Assembly: GCA_014905635.1 (NCBI GenBank) | Contig: JABVCE010000002.1 | Location: 2,604,001 to 2,668,000, forward strand | Direction of reading: 5' to 3' | Length of the DNA stretch: 64,000 nt | Source of the DNA: Scenedesmus sp. PABB004 | Lineage: Eukaryota | Shown here: positions 59,092 to 64,000 of the stretch, piece after piece | Position numbering within the stretch: position 1 is the stretch's first letter | Layout of the letters: each line of letters begins with the position of its first letter | The notes under the pieces: model-generated | The model's input: only the letters and a program-made list of their open reading frames with translations | Database searches by the model: none | Told to the model about the DNA's origin: nothing | Program-made: the position numbers and the translations under genes

Positions 59092-61497
59092 TCAGCCGCC
59101 GCGCGCCGCCGCCGCGGCCGCCGCGGCCGCCGCCTCTGCCGCGGCCGCCGCCTCTGCCGCGTCGGCCGCCGCGTCGGCGACGTCCGCCGCCGCCGCGTCG
59201 AGCTGCGCCTCGCTGCGCTCGAGGTAGGACAGAACCTCCGCCATGCGCGCCCTGCGCCGCAAAAGGGGGCGGCGCGGTGTGAGCCCACCCGCGCCGCGGC
59301 GCGCGGGCTGGGCCACCGCGCCAAACGCGCGCGCCTGTGCCGCGCCTCCTGCCACTCGCTGTGCTCGTCGGCGAGCGCGGCCGCGGCCGCGAGCTCGCGC
59401 GCGACCAGGCGGTCCTCCAGGCCGTCCAGAACCGCGACGTGCGCCTCGTGCGACGACGCCAGCGCGCTCAGCAGCGCGTCCTTGTCGCCCAGCAGCGCGC
59501 CGGCCTCCTCCGGCAGCGCCTCGAGCTCGGGGTTGTCCGCCGCCGCGCCGTAGCGCTCGAGGTGCGCCGGCGCCGCGGCCGTGAGCGCCGCCGTGAACGT
59601 GGTCTGCAGGTCGCGCACCTGCCGCGGCCGCGGGCCGGCGGGCGGCGGGCGGCGTGGGCGGCACGCACAAAGGCGGCTGGGCCTCCATCCCACACGCGCG
59701 CGCGCACTCGTGCGGCACGCGGCGCGCCGCACCTGTGTGAAGTAGGCGTTGTACTGCAGCTTGGCCGCCTCGGCCGCCTCGCTCGCGGCGCGATCGCGCT
59801 CGGCCACGAGGCCGGCCACCACCTCGGCAGCGTCGTCCTCCAGCGCCAGCAGCGCCTCGCGCAGCGCCGCCAGCCGCGCCTTGGCGCCCAGCACCGCCTC
59901 CTCCGTCTCCGCCGGCGCCTCGCTCACCGCGCGCAGCGCGCCCTTGGCGCCGCGGCCGTACGCTGCGATGAGCGCCCGCGCCTCGCCTTCGCGCTCGCCC
60001 AGCGCGGCCGCGAGCGCGGACTCAAACGCGGCACTCTCGGCCTTCTTGCGCGCCGCGCCGTCCAGGATGACCAGCTGCGCGGTGCGGACGGCGCGCGCTC
60101 GGCAGGGTGACGGCGGCGGCCGCCGCGCGCGCGCCCGGCCACCCCCCACGCGCCCCGCGCGCGGCGGCCCCTGCGCGCCGCGCCTTGAACTCGTCCGTCG
60201 CGACCTGCCACCTGTCGCGCAGCTCGTTCCACGGCTCCAGCAGCCCCGGCACCGCGGAGAGCTTGCCCCACTCTGGGTCGGCGGCGGCCATGTCCTCCAG
60301 CAGCGACTCCACGCCTGCAGCAGCGGCGGCGCGCGCGAGACGGCACCGACCGCACGTCAGCGCGGCGGCGGCAGGCTGCGTGGCTGCGTGCGGGCCCCCC
60401 TCCCTGCCGCAGCGCACCGTTGAGGTTGGCGTCGGCCATCGCGGCCGCGTGCGTGGCGCGCTCCGCCGCTGCCGCGGCCTCGGCGTCCGCCGCGTCGGCG
60501 CGCTCGCGCAGCTCCGCGACCTCGTCCTGGTGCGCCTCCGCCGCGGCGGCGCGGTCGGCCCGCGTCACGCGGCGGTAATCCAGGTAGGCCAGGCGGGGCA
60601 GGGTGGCGAGTGTGAGGCTGCGGTACGCCGCCGCGTCGGCCGCGAGCGGGTTGCCGGCGAGGCTCAGCAGCTGCAGGCGCGGCAGGCGCGTGAGGTACGA
60701 CACCGCGCCCAGGCGCGGCAGCGCGTTGCAGCCTGCGCGCCGCGCGCGGGGGGTGTGGGGCGGGCGTGGGTGCCGGCGCGGGGGCGCGTGCTGCGGGCGG
60801 CGGCGGGCGGGCGCGCGGCGCGGCGCGCGGCGCGGGGCGCGCGCACCGAGGGAGAGCACGTTGAGCCGTGTGAGGCCGTCGAGGCCCTCCAGCGTGGTGA
60901 TGGCGTTGGCGTGGAGCGAGAGGTCGGCGAGGCGCGTGAGGGGGGAGAGGCCCTGTATCGCGGGGATGGCGTTGAACGACAGGTCCAGCCACGTCAGACC
61001 GGTCTGCGGCGGCGGGAGCGCGGCACGAGGGGAACGGGCGAGCACGTGCGCGAGGGGGGTGGAGGCATGGCGCGCGCGCGGCTGCTGCGGCGTCGGCGAG
61101 CGGCCGTGCCGGGCTGTGGCTGCCGCGCGCGGCGCGCGCACGAGGTGGCTGAGGTTTTCGATGCGGCCGATGTGGTTGTTGTCGAGCTGCAGCTTGACGA
61201 GGCCGGCGAGGCCGTCCAGGTTGTGGATGCGAGCGAGGCGGCGGAAGCTCAGGCTCGCCGCCTCCACCGCGCCAAAGGCCATCGACCGCCGCTTCTCCTC
61301 CGCCAGCTCCGGGTCGCCGCCGACCTGCGCGGCGGCGCGGGCGCCGTCGCGCGTGGCGTGCGGCGCAGCGACCCCGCAGCCGCCAGCAGCGGCCGCGCCG
61401 CCGCCGGCCGCCGCACCACGATGCACTCGCGGATGAGCTCGTCTGTCACCACCGCGTCCTCGCGCTCCTCGACCAGCCGCTCCAGGGACGGCGCCAT
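59092..61497 (-). CDS. DRC3: Dynein regulatory complex subunit 3 (LRRC48)
   Basis: LIRECI, SDS22-like LRRs (LQLDNNHIGRIENLSHL|TGLTWLDLSFN), LAGNP..Y...LPRLAYLDYR cap and a C-terminal coiled coil (SHEAH..LDGLED). Confidence 0.88.
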
Positions 61498-62390
61498 GGC
61501 GGCGCCGCTCGCTCGCCGGCGTTGACCCCGGTCCCCGGGCCCGGCGGAGGCGCGTGGCCGGCAGGCTGCTCGAGAACGGGATCGGCGCGAGCAACACGCG
61601 TGACCGGGGCTCGGGGAGTGCGCCAGGCGCCGGGCGTGCGCGACGGCGGCAGCGCCGGAGCAGCGGCGGTTCCGTGCGCCGCCCCAACTTGGCCGGTTGC
61701 AACGCGTGCGGCAGCGGGGGCGCTCTCACAGCTTGCTGCGCTGCTCGCCCTGCGCCGGTGCGGCGGAGCCGTCGTCCGCGGCCGGCGCGGCGCCGCCGTC
61801 ATCGCCGCCGCGCTCGCCGCCGTTGCCGCCGCGCGCCGAGCCCGCCGCGTCTGGACCGTAGCTCCCGTCCACGCCGGCACCGCCGCTGGAGCGCGTGATC
61901 ATCGCGTCGCCGCCGGGGCGCTCCTCGCTGCCGCCGCGTCGGGCGTGGGGCCGTAGCCGCCGGGCGCGCGCGACTGCGGCTGCGCCATGCTGGCAGCCCT
62001 CGGTGTGCACGTGCGCCTGCCGCTGCGGCGGACTGTGGCGCGAGCGGCGGCACGGCACAGCCGTCACACACAGCGGCGGTGCCGCAAACCACAAAACCGC
62101 AACCTCAAAACAAAAACATGACGACGGCCCCCCGATCGCGAGCGTGACCGCCGCGAGCCCCGCCGCGCACAGCACATGAGGAGCCGCCCGCCCGGCGGCG
62201 CGCGCCCACGCGCTCCGCGCACTCTCCGGCCGCCGACGCGCGGCCCCCGGCGACCCAGAACTTGCATTCACACTGCAAAACACACGATTGTACAGGAGGT
62301 GTGCGTGGCGTTTCATTCGCCCGTTGAAGCAGCGCCGCGCCCCGCCGCGCGACGGCGCCCTACTCTACAGCTCCCCGCCCCCGCCGCGCG

Positions 62391-63479
62391 TCAGCTCTGC
62401 GCCGTCCTCGCCGCGCTCGCCTGGTCGGACAGCTCCGGCCGCGCGACCGCGGCCGGCGGCGGCGGCGGCTCGTCGGGCGCGGCGTCGGGCAGCTCGTCGA
62501 GGCGGAAGCGGGCCAGGTACATGTCGCCTGACCCAGGGGGGGGGTGTGGGCGGGTGAGGGCGCAGGGCGCGGGGCGCGGGGCAGCGCGGCGTGGCGCGGG
62601 GCGTGCGGCGCGGCCTGGCGCGCATCATCGCGCGGCAGCGTGTGCCGCGGGGGGGCTCGCGCACCAAAGATGACCTCGCTGCCGACCTCGACCTCGCAGT
62701 TGTCGAGCGGGCCGAGCTCCTGGCCGTTAACCATGGTGCCGTTGGTGGAGTTGAGGTCGGTGATGCACAGCTTGTTGTCCTCTGCAGGCGCGGCCAGGGG
62801 CGCGGGCAGAGGCGGGGGCGCGGGCGTCGGCAGCGGCAGCGGCGCAGCGCAGGGCGGCGCGCGCGCGGCGCGGCGCGGCGCAGGGGCGGCCCTGCGCGTG
62901 CGCGCGGCGCGGCGCACCGACGCGCAGCAGCGCGTGGCGGCTGGAGACGGTGGGGATGTTGATCTGGATGTCAGCCGGCGAGGCGCGGCCGACCTCAAAC
63001 ACGCCCTCCTTCAGCGGGATGGCGGCCGGCGCCGCGACCTCGTCGCCGATGTGCTCGCTGCTCCCGCTGCCTGCGGGGCGCGGGCGCGCGTGCGGCGGCG
63101 CGGGGCGTCCGGCGCCGCCGCGGCAGCGGGGCGGCGCCGGCGCGGCGCGCGCAGCAGCAGCGCTGACGCGGCGCACCCGTCGGGCGCAGCACCAGCCGCG
63201 CGGAGGTGACGACCGAGGGCAGGCGCGAGACCGCGACGGTGTGGACGCCGCGCTTGTGCTGCTGCGCGACGCCTGCGCGGGCGGCGCGCGGGCAGCAGCG
63301 GCGACGACGCGGCGCGTGTGGGCGGCGGCGTGCCGTGCGCGGCGCGGCGCTGCTTTCATGCAGGCCTCTGCCCACTCGCGCCGCGCCCAGGGCGCCGCAC
63401 CTGTGAGCCGCGCCTGGCGGGCCAGCGAGGCGCCGCTGACGCGCCCGCCGCCGCCGTGCGCGTGGAGCCGCGGCAGCAT
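62391..63479 (-). CDS. FHA-domain protein, probably plastid-targeted, 5 exons
   Basis: Spliced product LVLRPT|GSGSSEHIG..EVGR..VSSRHA..ITDLNSTNGT..VIF|GD carries the FHA motifs GR, SxxH and NGT. Transit-like N-terminus. Confidence 0.88.
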
Positions 63480-63705
63480 GCTGCCCGCTGCCCGCTGGAG
63501 GGCCGGCTGCCGCGCGGCCGCGCTTTGTAGATGTTGCAGTCACGCGACCCGCGCCCTGATCAGGCGCGCCGCGGGGGCGGAGGGCCCGGCGCGCGATGGG
63601 CCTGGGCCGCGAGCGCCCGGGCTGCTGCCGCGTCCCCGCGCAGGCGCACGGGGAGCGCGTCCGCAGCGCGACGGCGCCGGGGGGCCGGGCGTGAACGCGC
63701 GCACG

Positions 63706-63755
63706 CGAGAGGCGGAGGTGGTGCTGGAAGCGAGAGGCGGAGGTGGTGCTGGAAG
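63706..63755. repeat. Perfect 25-bp tandem duplication (CGAGAGGCGGAGGTGGTGCTGGAAG x2)
   Basis: Two adjacent identical copies upstream of the FHA gene. Confidence 0.85.
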
Positions 63756-64000
63756 CGCGCGGGCGGCTCTCGCTGGCGGCGGGCGGCGGCGCGCGCTGCT
63801 GGGGGCTGCTCCGGTCTGGCGGCGGCGGGAGCGGGCACCGGTGTGTGTGCTCGCCGCGGCCGGCGTCTGCGGTTCTCCGGCGCCCTCAACCGCCGCCACA
63901 AGCGCGGCGGGCCGGCGGCGCGAGCCCGGCCGCCCCGGCCCCAGCCGCCACCGCCTCGCCCAGCCCCGGCTGGCGGGTCAGCCGCCGCCGTAGCCGCCCT

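Noticed and set aside
85..63993. Hundreds of long Arg/Ala/Gly/Pro-rich ORFs (e.g. 32828-35617, 46544-49315, 52436-55339, 55701-58502)
   Set aside because: These are shadow frames caused by stop-codon scarcity at about 80% GC. They overlap recognisable spliced genes and lack motifs.

Overview
This is eukaryotic nuclear DNA, not prokaryotic. It is an extremely GC-rich (about 80% by eye), intron-dense, gene-packed segment of a chlorophyte green alga, probably Sphaeropleales/Chlorophyceae. That assignment rests on TGTAA poly(A) signals, GTGCG/GTGAG donors, CTGAC branch points, and HLA3 and DRC3 homologues. Most long ORFs in the six-frame track are GC shadows. Splicing by hand gives about 22 genes, in order: TRM1 (partial), MaoC/HTD2-like dehydratase, LCI1/Sho1-like 4-TM protein, bacterial-type M14 carboxypeptidase, solanesyl-PP synthase, a disrupted AP2-domain gene, HLA3-like ABCC transporter, TauE/SafE exporter, atypical MAPK, PEX26/APEM9-like protein, UBC12, a type-I membrane protein, cyanase, an EF-hand/WD40 (WDR49-like) protein, an intronless unknown, RHIP1, eIF2-beta, MAPKK, a Sel1-like protein, RIC1, DRC3 and an FHA protein. 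No rRNA, tRNA, CRISPR or transposase was recognised. The most notable observations are: at least 16 GC-AG introns (over 10%); introns with G-rich 5' and C-rich 3' halves that are self-complementary; co-located inorganic-carbon/anion genes; an AP2 gene with two frame breaks and an in-frame TAG; a palindromic bidirectional poly(A) signal; and a dual-ATG TRM1. Homology calls come from motif recognition by memory, not database searches. Coordinates are gene spans including introns.
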